DNA from: Daphnia carinata
Taxonomy: Eukaryota
Assembly (NCBI RefSeq): GCF_022539665.2
Contig: NC_081331.1
Span: 1,550,001-1,614,000 of the forward strand
Direction of reading: 5' to 3'
Length of the DNA stretch: 64,000 nt
The notes under the pieces are model-generated. The model saw only the letters and a list, made by a program, of their open reading frames with translations. It had not been told where the DNA came from and ran no database searches. This document shows positions 24,725-39,540 of this stretch, in pieces (position 1 is the stretch's first letter; each line of letters opens with the position of its first letter). The translations under genes and the position numbers were made by a program.

Positions 24725-27700
24725 TTCTCCTTGTGTGTGTTTTTTTTTTTGCTTTTCAACGTCGTAAGGATTATTGTTTTCCTTTGTTTGTTTGTTTTTT
24801 TCTTCACTTTAATTTTCCCAGAAGAAAATCACAGACACACGGCCTTCAAATAGCCGGAAGGATCCGATCTCACAGTCACTAGTGCGCGCATAGTTGTGTA
24901 ATAATCCAATGTGGCGGTTCCTTTTTTGTGTGTTTGTTTCAGCAGGAGGGGGGGGGGGGAAGGTCTAGCAGATGATGATGAGATGCACCACGTCCACAAA
25001 AAAAGATGTTGAACAAACACCGGAGCGTTGTGAACCATCCGGCAGGGAGAGAGTCAACTGCCCAACTGACCGCTGCACCGAGTCCTTCTCTTGCCCAGGC
25101 AGGCTTGAGCATGTGAAGATGGCGCCAGCATCAAAAAAAAAAAAAAAGATGGCTGGTCATGGCCAGAGGGCGTTTGGAAGGGAGGCGGGTCCCCAATCAG
25201 AGATAGGGCGCGCGAGGTTTGTATGTTGAAAGCCTGGAGCTTTTCTAAAGCTTTTGGTGCTGGTGCAAGCAGAGCTCGAAAGATAAGAAGAAGAAACATT
25301 TCCATGTAGAGGATGCAGAGAAGAGGCAAACGGTCAAAAAAAAAAGGGGGAGGGGATAGAGAGAGAAAGAGAGAGAAAATAACACGGGCCACGTTTTTAA
25401 AGACAAGAACTGAAAAAAAAAAAAATATACATATATAAAAAAGGAAAAATATATGTTTAAAAAAAAGGAGATACACACACAAGGATGTAGAGGAGACATG
25501 ATGAATGCAAGTAGCCATAGGGAAGGAAGGGAATAATATATTCCTCGACTTCTTTTTTTTTTTTTTTTTTCTTAACTATATAACGTCCTTCCCTTTTCTT
25601 TTTTACGATGATCAAAAATGTTATTTTTTCTCTTCTTTTCTACCCTCCAATCTCCATACGAAGAAGAAGAAAAAAAAAAAGTCGATGTCATGATGGCGCC
25701 TGATGTTGAAGAAACAACAACACATCCCTTTTGGCTTTGGTCGTCGCTGACGGGCGAATTGGAAAGAATTACTTTCTGATTGGAATTTTATTTTATTTTT
25801 TTCTTCGTTGTTGGATTTCTTCAAAAAGGGCATCCAGCGCTATAAAAAAAAAAAAAGTAGATGTGGTGATTAAGGTTTCTCTCCTCGTCCAACACATTTT
25901 CAGATATCGAATCACGGATCTTATTCATCTGCTTCAACTTTTTGCGCTACAGGGCGATTAGAATCCAGGTAAAAAAAAAAAAAAAAAAGAAGAGATGCCA
26001 TCGCACATCAAAGAAAAAGGGGCAGCAACGATTGTCAGATTCCGTCGACTTGTTGACGATGAGCGCGCGTGTGCTGTTGCACCAGTTTTTTTTTTTATTA
26101 TAAGAAAAAAATAAAAATGAAGGGAATTCCTTATTATTATAAAACATGATGATGGTATGGTATGTAAATCACTCTCCCATTCCCCCCCCCCCTTTTTTTT
26201 ATTCGATCAGAAGCCAAAAAAGAAAAAAAAAACATTCTTGGAACATTCCAAGGTCCTCATCTTCGACAGATTTTGATTATTTAAAAAAATATATATATTT
26301 TTGGGGTATTCGGGGCATGTAAAATGTTACCACCTTATTCTTACATGAACACTCGAAAAAAAAAAAATGAAACGTTGTTGAACGCACCTAAAGAAAATAG
26401 GAAACACCAAAGGGATATCGAGTGGAGTTTCAGGTTCAAAAGGAATTCGTTGTTGGGAAAAGAAGAATTTTCCTCAAATTAATTTCATTATTTAACAGTT
26501 GTAAAACGTCGGGTAAAATTGTTTAAAAAGAATAAAAGAGACTCGGTTGTACACACAAATTTATTCGACAGATAAGAGGAACACGTTGCGCATTTTGCGA
26601 CACGCACTGCTGAACGTCTTCGTTGATAAAAAAAAAACAGAAAAATATTCCGGATTTCTTGTTTCATTTTTATTTAAATTCTATTCCGTATGTACGTTTT
26701 TTTTTCCCTATTTCGCTAAAGGGCATTTTTATAAGCATGGACTGTCACAATATTAACTAGCGCAAGAGCTATGCACGTACAGCGCGATGCAGCAACTCGT
26801 CTATAAGACAACAATTTTTAAAAATTTGAAGTCGCTCGGTTTTGACTCGTCTATCTGCAGCGATAACATCTTGTCATATGTCATGAAATGCCGAAAGCTT
26901 TTATTCCTTTTTTACTTGTAAATTTATTTGCTTTTTACTTTTATTGAAAGAGACAGGGGAAAAAAAAAGAGCGGTTCGTTAATTTTCTTTGAATTCCAAG
27001 AAAAGCTCTTTTTTTTTTTTTTAATTCCCATAACATTCTAATTAGAGTGTTCTTATTAGCCGGATTACGTCACGGTTCTTCCGTCCATACCAACCTCGTT
27101 TCTAACGACGACCATATAGGCCGCTACCGCTTGATTCCGGTTCCTTAAGTTACACTTTTCTAGTCAAGGTAGAAAACGATGTTCTCTACGTCGTATTAGC
27201 CCTATACTAAAGGAACTATTTAAACCGGATTTGATGCATACAGCAAAGGGACTTACAACGGACGGAATCATTCGTCATGTCAATCAGGAAAAACATCTGC
27301 TACTACGGGATGTACACGCCATATCCACTCAAGGCAGTTTCATTACTGAAACGAGTTCCCTAAAAACAAAACAAAAATCTCTTCTGCCCAATTTCCAGAA
27401 ATCAAAAAAAAAAAAAATGAGGATGATCAAGAATTTTTAAAAAAATGTCTAGGCTCCTGCAGATTTATTGGCTAATTCATTTTTCTTCGAAATTTGAGCT
27501 GATCATTCTGTTGGCATGGATTATCAAAAGCCTTTTCTGGACGTCAAATCCCTTGGAAAAAAGGTTCTGAGGAGGATTGATGTACATGGCATTTAACTTG
27601 CTAAATATTTTGTGTATACTGGGTTTGTGTGTGTGTGTGTGTGTATGCAGGAGGCTATACGGATGTGCCATGATGATGTGCATACACAGGTGGCTGCTGA

Positions 27701-28546
27701 TTCCATCATCATGATGGATCCAACCTTGAATTGCTAATGGTTTTTCTTTTCTTACTTGTCCACATATCCCCTTCAGCAGCCATCACCTTTTTTTTTTTTT
27801 TAGCTTTTATTCTTCGACTGTATCGCAGGTGCGATGGTCAAACGTGTCCCGTAAAATAAAGAAGAAGAAAAAAAAAAAACCATCCTACAAGGGCGGGGTT
27901 ATGATCCGGGATTTCTTAATGGCCTCATGGATTTGAAAAAGAGAAAACCCAGGGGAGAAGACAAAGTCCTCAGCTGTTTACCCTGCAGGTGTGCTCATTG
28001 AGTTTAAACTCTTGATTTTTTTTTTTTTTCTTTTCCCCAACGAAATTTTTCTCCGCCATTGTGTCACAGTGTCTATTACGTAAAAATTACGTCTTGCCCA
28101 AAATTTTGGAACTGCTTTTGTGTTTTACCATACCATTTCAACGTTTCATTTCCAAATTTCTAAAGATGGAGCGGCATCGATCACTTTGGCCTTTTGCTTC
28201 GCTTGCGGTCAAATACATTAATACATTAGTCGGGACAGACTAAAGTCGTGTCGATCGATCGCTTCGAAAAAGGGAATAACAAAAGAAAATACACAAGTAT
28301 TGGGGCCACAAGAAGAAGAAGAAGAAAAAAAAAGCTCAAACAAGACTCGAACAAATTCTAAAAGCAAGAAGCAACCCGATTTCCCCTTGAGCTTTTCGAA
28401 AATTTGGAGAGGATTGCATTTGACTTGCAAATGAGTTTCGGGAACCTTTCCCTCTCCCTTCGTTCGTTTTCTGGGTATGAAGCAAGGCAAGACACTCACA
28501 CACACACAAAAAAAAATGCGTGAATAATATCGAAAGATTTGTCAGT

Positions 28547-28560
28547 GTTACCATGGCAAC
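28547..28560. promoter_or_regulatory. Consensus RFX X-box
   Basis: GTTACCATGGCAAC matches GTTNCCATGGNAAC exactly. Confidence 0.6.
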
Positions 28561-31500
28561 GTCCTTCCATATAAGGACCGCCCGCTGCTTTTGCCTCTTT
28601 TTTTTTATTTATTTTATTTTTTTTTTTTTACCTTGTTGTGGGGCACGTTCCCTAACGGAGAAATAAAAGGAGAGGGGATGATAATTCTAGACGCTAGAAA
28701 GAAGGCGGAGGCAAGAAACAAAAGGTGAAGAATGAGAAAAAAAATGAATAAAGAAAGAGAGAATGAGAGAAAATAAAAAGAAAAAGGTTTTTCTTTTTAA
28801 GAAATATATATATAAAGAAAAGAGACACGAGAAAACGCCTCTTGCCAACAGGTGGGCTGCCAGGTAAGGGGGAAAAGGGACAGAAAAGAAAAATAAAAGG
28901 TCATCTCAGCTTGATCTTTTTATATATATTTTTATAAACTGTGTGTACTGTATATAACCTCTATGTACTATATTGTTTCTCCCTTTTTTTTTTTCCAAAT
29001 GATTTGGTGGAGGGGGGGGGGGTTGCCTTTTTGGTGTGGTGGAAATTGAATGATGGTCCAAAACCACCTTTGTGGTTTACTTGTTTCTATTTGACCCGTC
29101 TCATCTCTGACTAGGATCTTGACAGGTTGAAGGGCGTCGTCTTTCCTCCTGACAAACGTCCATCAGGATTTTTCAATTTGGTTTTCATTATCTTTGTTTT
29201 TTTTTAAAGGGAATATTTTTCGCGCAGTAAATTGGCAATTTTCGCAAAACGTTAATGTCACACAACGTCTACAGCAAACTCGTTTAGTTTTCCAACTCGA
29301 TTTTCTAAATGCGTATCGCACGGTGTAATAAAAATACACGCCAAATTTTACACAAAAGAAAAAAAAAAAAAGGTTTTTGTTCTTTGCTGTTCATTGTCTT
29401 TTATCTTCCATTTTGGATCTTTCCAATTTCACGGAGAGTTAACACACACACACACACACACAAAGCGGAATGGATAGAAGAAGAAAAAAGAAGTTGGCCA
29501 GCAATATCTTTGAGTCACGAAATGAAATGGGTTGTGTTCCATGCTAGAGCCATAAGGGACCGAGATTATTACACGGCCGATGAAGAGAAACGAGAAACAA
29601 CTGCTTAGAACGAAAGGGGTGCTGGTCTTATATATCTCTCGCTGCAATCCGAGACTTGTATCAACAATTTACGATGGCCCCTTTTTTTTCTTGTCTTAAC
29701 GGCGAAGGGGCTTTGAAATTATTTCTCTTCGCACAAGAATTTATACAGAGTTTTGTTCTACAGGTAGACTGTCGACAGCCATGCCATCTACATTTACAAG
29801 TCGATCTGTTTGGGGAACTTTGAAAAACTAAAATAAAAAGGGAAGATAAGCAAAACCCAAAGAGTCTCGTACTCTTGTACTGTGAACTTGGGGTTTGACA
29901 CCTGGGGTCGGGCCACCCATCAACAACTACGTTTCGTTTTCTCTCTCTGTGTACGAGGACTTGTGAGAGCCTCTCTTCTTAACACGAGCCGACGGTTGTA
30001 AACAGCGCGGTCTCTTTTCATGCAAAGCCCTCCCCCACATCCTTACACACACACACACACTTGTGTTGCATTCTTTCTTAGCTGTACGTTTTGATTTGAT
30101 TCATCTCACCGATTAACTTACCTTCCTATACCATCGCCCCCCCTTATGAATTAATAAAACATATCTTTTTTTTTTCCTCCGCTTTTTGCAGCGTTTCCAT
30201 GTGCCGCCCCATGTCGTTGATGTTCTTTCAATTTAGCCGTCAGTCTTCCACCTGGATGAATTTTGATGTAATGCTTGGTATCCCTCCCCTCTTAGTGTGT
30301 CCTTGTCGTGCTGTCATCCCGCCTCTCCTCTTCTTGTATCATAAACACACAAGACTCCCCCGCACTATAGTCGAAATAGACGGTCGAGAGAATTCAAACA
30401 AGCTCATGGAAAATGGGAGCTTTGTGTAACCGTACTTATATCTCAATAGAAACCGAACCGGAAGCTCTCCCAAAACGAGATGTTATCAAGTCGGGATAAG
30501 CGATGATACGTTTAAAAAAAAAAAAAAAGAAGCCGACAAAATAAACCAGATGCGAATTAGCCGTTGCGGCGGAAAAATAACGTCAAAGATTTCACGAAAT
30601 TTCAAGACGTTCAACCTTTTTTTTTTTTTCTACGATGTTCTTTGTTATTTTCAAAATGGGCGCCGCTTTTTTTTTTTTTTTTTTTGGTAGGGAAAGCGCA
30701 TGCCATGGAATATGTATACACGTTAGAGATATAAAGCCAATGAAAAAAAAAAAAAAAAAAAAAAATTTCGAGACAGACGTCGTATATCCTTGGTGGAAAA
30801 GAAAGGGGAGAGGGGAAGAAAAAACATGGAAACCATTTGGTTTCTGCCTTGCGTTGGTGAATAAATTCCGCCCCTATCTCACATCCCCCTTTTTTTATTT
30901 TTTTTATTTTAACTAGTTAACTTTTATGTAATATTCTCAGATAACCGGCCACTTTGTGGGCTGCATGTTTGTCTTTGTTTTCCTACACGCGCTCGTATCA
31001 CGATAGCCGTAGTATTCTTTTAATGTCGCTATATAGCACATATCAAGAGGGACCTTCAGCTAATTCAAGCCTATATTCTAATGCAAATGCGATTTTTATT
31101 GCGTTGAACAATTAAAAAGGACTTGTCTGAAAGGATATCGAGTGATAGCGCCTTGAATTTCCATTATCATCGCAAAAGGTTGATCGTTTTCTGAACTAAA
31201 GTTTAATTTGATTTTCAATTTTTTCTCATTTCTTAATGTAAAAATGTTTCATTTTTATGGCTATTGTAAAACTACTCACTAGTCGAAACAAAACAAAAAG
31301 ATGGAGGGGGGGGGGGGGCCCTGGCATATTTCTGTTGTGAAAAAATTATCATCATCTCTCCAAAAATATATATACACAGCAAAAGAAAATAGGGAACAAG
31401 CAGAGCATTTTCTTTTTTCATTTCCCCTTTCTCCTGTTTCTTAAAAATATATTCGGCTTCTCTTTAAAAAGAAAAAAGGGAAAAAGAAAAAATCCTACCT

Positions 31501-34500
31501 CGCGAGCTGCTCTGCGGGAGACCGATAGAGATAATTACAAGGCCGGAGACCACAGGTACTATAGAGTACGTGCGTTCAAGTATATACACACACACACACA
31601 CACACACAGAGCCACCACAATCCAACAGGTACAAGCCGTTGGTGCACAGAGAGCCGACGGACGTTTGGTTAGTTAGTAAATTTAAGAAGAAAAAAAAAAA
31701 AAGGTAAAATTCTATATAACGCATTTGAGGGGTGGAGTTTCTCCCCCTTACCCTCCTATGAAACATTTTCAAACGAAAATAATAATAAAAAAAAAAGATC
31801 AGCGATATGCTCATTTCACGTTAGCTGTGTGTATATTTATTGTAAATATACCTGTGCCCGCCAAAAGGTGGGGTGTCGGGGAACAGAGGGTGAAAACAAA
31901 AGAATTTTTACGAGTGCCTGATTGTCGGCTTTATTCTTCGTCTTTGTTCCAGTGAAAAAAAAAAAGGAATACGTTTTCCACGCGGCTATGTACTGCAAAG
32001 TTGATTCCTATCCGTTAGGGTTTTTTTTTAGCCCCGTAATGAAAGGTTCTTCCACATCGTCAATGCCTTAGAACCAATCAGGAGTACCTTGATTTCTCTA
32101 CAGACTGACCGCCGCCACAACTGATAAGGTATAAAGGAAAAGAAAAATGATATAAACCAATCAATCAATAACAAGTTGTTTTTTTTTGTTTATAAAATTT
32201 TCTAGGAACAAGTGTGTGCTCTGCGTGAACCTAGAACTCCTCAAAATGATTACGCATTTATGAGTCATCGCATTTAGATTTGCTTATTTTTTTTTTTTGT
32301 TTGAAATGCACAAGCTACGGTTGTTTTAATGCTGTATCGATTATTCGCCATGACAAAGCCCTTTCTTCTTTATTAGAAATTTCCCTTGATTGTGCGCGTA
32401 GCCGATTGAATGCTCTATTATTTTTGTGTGTTGTAAATGCAGATTTTTCTGCCCTCACGGCAAAGAGAAAAGAACAGAATCACGACCGTCATCTCTTTCG
32501 ATTCCCTTACGCCTTTTTTTTTTAAGTTGAGTTTTGGGTTTCCCCCTTTATTGTTGTTAGCTATCGTTAGATCTTTTAAAGTTAAAAAAAGAAAAGAAAA
32601 AGAAGTTCTTTTTATGGTTAATACGTAACAGTTTGCTGAGTTGCAGTTGTAATAAAACAAAAAGTTCTAGGACCCCAACTGGCAATCCTAAATTGGATCT
32701 CTTTTATTATTACGATCTCCTCTTTTTTTTTTTTTTTTTCGCTTGGGCCAACATTTTTGTTTTAAACATACCATTAAAAATTTGTTAAATTTTTTCATTC
32801 GTATTGTTATTACAATTCCTGGAAAGACATAAAAACGAAAACAGTTATCTTTGACGATCTTTCGCTGCCATTTCTGTTGTGTGGCCTAATTTTGGACCAC
32901 AAATCGTAACGACCCTCAGCGCTAACCCTAACAGAAGAACCCTAGTCCCTACTTTTTTTTTTTTTTTAACACTCTATAGCAATCAGAATGGACCATCGAC
33001 ACCAAATGCTACGGGTCCACCACATTTTTTTTTTCTTCCATTTTAATTCACGACAATAAGAACTGAGAATTGTAATTATTATCAGGTAAGAAGTTGAAAT
33101 TCAGGTATATATGTACAAAAAAAGAGAAAGGCTTCGTCACAGATGAATGAAAAGAAAAACCCATCGAAATCATATCTGCATTTTTTTTTTTTTTTTTTTT
33201 TTGTTTTCTCCCTCCTCGTTTTGGTCTTGTCTCTCTCGTGATGAGGCAATTTAACCCTCACCTGTTTCCCGCATCGGTCATATATCGGATATTCTCTCCG
33301 CACTCGGTGTGATTATTATTGTTATTACCACGGTGTATAACGCATATATATATACGTATATGCGCTGACTATTCCCCCTAACACGTAAATGTATGTGGTA
33401 GCCATTGTTCGTGATGGACGATGATGGAGCATAAAATGTCACGCGTGCGTTCTCACACCTGTCGGGACGGGAATAAGCCAAAGCATTTTGCCACTGGCCA
33501 GATTTTGACTCTTTTCTCTCCACGAATTTTTCTTTTAACCGCGTGAGTGTCCAATATAAAAAGAACGACGTTTGAATATACGACCCCTCCGGTTGCGTCT
33601 GGCATTCACACAATCCACACTGCAGTATAGCAGCAAAAAGAAGTTGATGTTAGACTGATAAAACGAAGAAATCCCTCTAGAGCCAACAGCAGCTGGCGCC
33701 ATTTTCTTTATTTTTCTTTTACCTGTCTCCCTTTTTGCTTCGTTTGATGTCCAACACGCCAATTTTTTTTTTTTTTAATATGAAACGAAACAGCACATTT
33801 CACCTAAAGGCGACAGCGCCAGCCAACTGCTTCTGGAATTCATTGAACCACGTCACCGAAACTCCAGCTGATCAAAGCATTTCTAAAACTGACGCCATTC
33901 GGATATAGAGTCATTAACCTATATTTCAACAACGAACTCGGCTAATATATTTCTATTATCATACCATTTAATATATAGGCTACGTATTTTTTTTTTTTTG
34001 CACGATCATCAGACAAGCCGCTTTTGAAATGGCAGTAAAAAAAAGCAAAACAAGGGAGCCGCAAGACATCCTCGCATCTGGGTGATATGACGATGAGAAG
34101 CCAACCTCCCCCCCAAAAAAAGGAGAGTTTGAATACGAGGCGGCATAATAATAAACCAAAAAAAAAAAAAAAAAATGTTGTTATCTTTCAGTGTCTCGTT
34201 TGAGATGACGGGCGAGAAAAAAAAAAAAAGCAAACAGCTCTCTGGAGAAAGGATGTTGATGCCCGGTGTGTGTGTGTGTGTGTCTCCGATTGCTTTTTAA
34301 TGGTGAGACACACACCGGTTGACGCGTACGTCTGTATACCCACATCTTCGTTTTGGAAATGTTTTTTTTTTTTTTGTCGAGACGGACTCTTGTGTACACT
34401 GAAAAAAAAAAAAAATTAAATTAAATAAATATAATGAGAAAGAAATGGATTTTTTTTTCCGACTTATCCCCAATTGGCTAGGGCAAGAAAGTCGTCCGGC

Positions 34501-37500
34501 CTTCAATTGATTTCACCGCGCCCAGTCAAAAGCGAAATATTTTCAAAACATTAGGGACCTGTTATTGCAAAAATGTCCGTTTTTTAAAATTATTTTTTTT
34601 CCTTGTTTCCAATTTCACTAATGGCTTAGCGAAAAGTGGGTAAAGTCACGTCATCGATGTAACGGGGCCATCCGCCTCACCTCCCACTAAAACCATTTTT
34701 CCAAATCTCGTTTTCTTTCGGAGGGGTTCTTAATGATAGACAACCAAAATGTCGATGGCCTACATACATGTTTAACTGTAACGTACGAGTCCAACCAGGA
34801 AAGAAAAAAGAAAAAGAAAAAAAAAAAACAAACGGACCGGAAAATGACAATTTACTAAATGGGCTGGACTTAAACGCGATCGAGCTTTTCTGTTTAACCT
34901 TATCCTTTTGTTGATTTAAAAGAAAGAAAAAAAAAAAACGTTTTTAATCTTTTCGTTTGCCAAGTTTTTTTTTGCGTTGTCTTCTCCGTTTTCCCACGTA
35001 AGAAATGTAAATATGTTATTCGAAAAGGGGTCGTATACATCTATACGCAAAAGGCAAAACACAACACATCTTAACGTGCATAATACCCAGCTGTATAGCG
35101 GGAATGCAAACGAGTAGTAGTGGTAGCTTGAGATGGCACGGCAAAACTACTATATTTCCTTTTTTCTTCTCCTACCTTTGATGGCTTTGCCTTGATTTTC
35201 TCAGATACTGAACACAAGAAATAGACAAGGCAATAGGTTTTAACTGTTTGAGCCAGCACAACTCTCCAAGTCCGTTGCCCTTTTTTGAGTGCGTTTTATG
35301 GCGTCCATGCTGATGCGCTGGCCTGACAGAGAGTAGTTGTTCGCGCTGACCATTTCTCTCTGATCTACAACGTCGATAGCCTTCCGAACACGGACGAGAA
35401 CCAAAAGCTATACACCGTTTTCTTGTAATACCACAGTTGTTTTCTTTTTTCTTCTTTTCCTCCAAAAAATTCAAAATAAATTATGTAAATTTTAACTCTA
35501 AAAAAAGATGAAAAATTCAACCCCTTCTCGTTGGAGTCTACATTTTAAGCTGATGTTAAAGTATATATATATATATACTGTATATACAGATATATATATT
35601 TTTTTTTTACCTATAGTAATACACTCTTTTACCTAGAGGTAGACGCCCAGAGGGGTTGTTAGGAAAAAGGGAAGATTTCGAGGAGAAAAATGAAAGAGGC
35701 GGAGATTTTTTTTTTTTTTTTTCTTCTGGGGCTTTTGCTACATGGCCCACCAAATATTGTGGTCGACCAAGAAGAAGAAGATGGTACATAACAAGGGGGG
35801 ACCAATTGGTTCTCCTCCCCCACTCTCAAAGAAGAAGATCAACACACAAAAAGTTCTTCTTCTTTCCATATGAAATAGATGGGGGGGTTATAGTGCTCGG
35901 TTGAGCTGATAACAAAGAAAATGTCTGAAAAAGAAAAAAAACAGGGGGGGGGGGGGGGGGTTCGGAGTGGTTGGGGTTCAACAAGAAAAGTGCCCGATGA
36001 AATGATAAAAAAAAAAAAAAAAAAAAAAAAAACGTACGATGGCTTTGCGAGGTTTTATTTTCTTTGGCCGTGTTCGTGTTGAGGGAAATGGACATACAAC
36101 GAGCACCACAAAAACCACTGGGCATCTCACCTCTGTCTATATGGGTGAAGTATCAGTGAAAAACCCCTACATCTACGCACCTTTTTTTTTTTTTCTTTCT
36201 TAAGAAGGTCAATAAATCGGACTGGAAACAAAAAAAAAAAAAACTGGAAATAAAAAGTTTTATCTCCGAAAATAGTTGAGGTAAAACTCTGCAATGAACC
36301 CCCTTTTTTTTTCAATTCGGGTTTTTTTTTTTTTAAGTCGAAAAAAAAAAATGAGAATTAATGAAGTCTGCTTTGTTTTTATTATCATCGCATTTTATTT
36401 CGGTTGTGGGCTTGATATACATACGAATTTTTAAATTAAAAAACCTTTTTTTTTTTTTTTTTGTACCGGTAGGATGAGTTTTTCGTCGAAGACACGGTAG
36501 TCGGTCCTATCGTCAACGGGAGTCGTCGCCGTCATCACTCGTTCGGAACTTGCTTTTGTCCTATTCCCGGAAATTCATAACAAGATCCCGTCTTTTTTTT
36601 CTTTTTTTTTTTTAACTTGAAAAACGACTCGTGTGTAGTGGCATTTTTGATTGACTCTACCATGAATTCATCATTCCGTCTTACATACATATTATTTTTT
36701 TTTTTTTCGATTAAAGTTTTTGACCGGTTGATTAGCTTTTCATGATTTCCTGATCTCCGCGCCAAATTACTGCAAAGGTCATTAATCTTGTGTTTTTTTT
36801 TTCTTTGAACAGAATTTATTGTTAAATGAACAATGAAAAATTCAGTAGAAAATTGGGACGAGAAATTCGAGTTTTTGCCACGTACTCCTCGAGTCCTCGT
36901 CGTTGCCGTCACGAAATTAATGATTAGGAAAAACAAAAAAAAAATAAGAAAATAAAGAACAAGACAAAAGAACACGAGAATAAATAAGACACACGATCGA
37001 ATTACAAAAATGAAATGTCCAAGCCCCTAACGGAATAAATTATAACACATGCTGGCTCCGGCCAACCGGTCGGATATATTCGAGATTGGATAAGAAAAAG
37101 AAGAACTAAAAACACGAATAAAATAAATTTTAATTAAAAACTAAGGGAAGAAAAGGGATTCAAAAAACAAAAAGAAAAACGCTGAGATCTTTGGCGTGCG
37201 ACGATTGGATGGTGCATCCGACGCGCGTCCAACATTTTCGGTTGCATCCGGATATGCATGTCATCGCAGGCTGGCCAGCGTTCGATAAAGCTTCGCCTCT
37301 CAATTGCCAATTAACGTTATGGAATGATGTAATAATAAGGGGAACTAATAAGGAAAAAGAAAATAACTCGCAGCGTGAATAAGAAGAGAAGCACACCAAA
37401 TCATAATTATGTACACGTAGCCCTAGGCCACTAACTGACTTGTTCTATTAATGTGCACCTCATTTGAGAGACGAATCACGCGCAACATCCAACCTACTGC

Positions 37501-37899
37501 CACGCGTTCCCGAATAACCAAACAAACATTTTTCTGTTTGACCATTTCAGATAAAAAGGAAAGTCGGCATATGTCAGCTTTACGACTAATGCGTAAAGTG
37601 AGAACGAATTTTTTATTTAATAAATAAAGTGGGGACGGGGGGGGGGGAATCTACTTTGGAGAAGAAAAATCTTGGCCAATCTAAAAAAAAATCATCGACA
37701 GAAGGTTTTCGTTATTCTTTTGGCTGCATGTTGGAAATAAAAGATGACGGCACACGGCGACTTGCAGCTGTTACGGCAAAACAAAAAAATGTGCGATGAA
37801 GGTTGGATATAAAAACAAGAATGCATTATAGCCATGTACTACACAGCACATTCTTGATATGTTAAAATGTATCCGGCTACGTGATGAGGGGAGAAAAAG

Positions 37900-37903
<4 letters not shown>

Positions 37904-37933
<30 letters not shown>
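37904..37933. repeat. (AG)n microsatellite
   Basis: About 15 AG units. Confidence 0.95.
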
Positions 37934-37934
<1 letters not shown>

Positions 37935-39507
37935 CCTATGGGTAAAGAAAATGAATATTAAAAAGGCCCAGGCACACAGAACAATTCGTGTATTCAAATG
38001 TGTATAGGAAACTAAAAGGGGACGAAAAGGATCGATGGCTAGACGATACGATGATGCATCGATTTGAATGGCTAATGAAACTGTGAAAAATCATTCTGTT
38101 GCATATTCAGAGATTTCTTTTTAGTTGTGGTTTAAACATTTTTCTCCCCCCCCCCCCCACCCCTCCCTTTCGTTGTGGAATGTTTCCGGTTTCGCAGAAG
38201 AAGAAGAAAAAAGACAAACATTCCTCCGTTACACCAGCCAGTGGATGAAGAGAAGGAATCTCAATTGAATCATATAACTATCAAAATCTACGTCAGACGG
38301 GTTCTCGAATGACCAAATACTAAGAACAACTCACGAACACCCAGAAGCACAGCTCATAAATAATGAAAAAAAAAAAAAACTAATACATTTTATTTTGAAA
38401 TCGATGGCGTCGTTGGTGAACTGAACCGATCTAGCTCAGCATTAACATCGTGTGTTGGACGTCGACCTGGCCACCCGTGAAACACCATGCTCGATTGCCT
38501 CCCCCCCCCATCCATTGAGAGTATACTCTTTCTCTCTGAATGCATTACATGCCATCACAATTCACAAAGAAATTCCATTGCAATTGTCCAGTTTCTAATT
38601 CGGAGTTAACAGGCCGTACATAGTTCCTAATAAAACAAACCTAATTATTAGGTTGTCAAATAAAACTTAAAAATAAAATCAAAGCGAATTTCTATACGTT
38701 AAAAATAATAATAAAACGAACCGTATCCCCTCCCAATTAAAATCTATTTTTAAAAATCTTAAAGTTGGACCTACACGTTTCGTGCCGTGTCAAGGCACCA
38801 CGATAAGAATATTGAAAACAGATATCATCTTTTATTTTGTGTCTCTTTTCTACCATAACATATCGCCCTGCATCTATGGTGATTTTCTTTTTTAAACCTG
38901 TTGGTTCACTACCGGAATCGACGTTGTGTAATATAACGTATACGTACACGTCAATGTCTATACCCATCGGGCGGTCTATGAGGATGGATGGAGCCCGATC
39001 ATCTCGGTGGCTCCACACGAAAAGTAACAACAACAACAAAAAAAAACAGTAGTTTCAAATAGCCAAGAAAAATACGTGAGAGGCACGCCGACCGGTTGGG
39101 TTTGTCTGGATATATATATTTTTTATACATACAGCAGCTTGGGTAATAAAAAAAAAAAAAAAGAAAATCAAATCCGGTAGCTGTATTACGGCTGCAAAAG
39201 CAGCTTCCTGTAAAGAAAGGAAAACCTTTTGTGGTGCTGGAAGGTATTCCATGATTTATTTTCTTCTTGTTTTTATTTTATAGCTCTAGACAAGGCAAAA
39301 TGTCAAAGAGCGAAAAAGAGATTGAAATGCGCATATATTATGCGCTTTTTTTTTTGTTTTGTTTTGTATTTACAATAATAATAATTCTTGACCCGAGCTT
39401 CAATGAATAGCAATCAGGTGATCATCAGTCACGTCCAAACGCTTGTTCAAGCATATGCCGTGTTTTTGTTTTCTTTTGCATTTCAGGGCGTGTTTGATGT
39501 GAGCACA

Positions 39508-39540
<33 letters not shown>

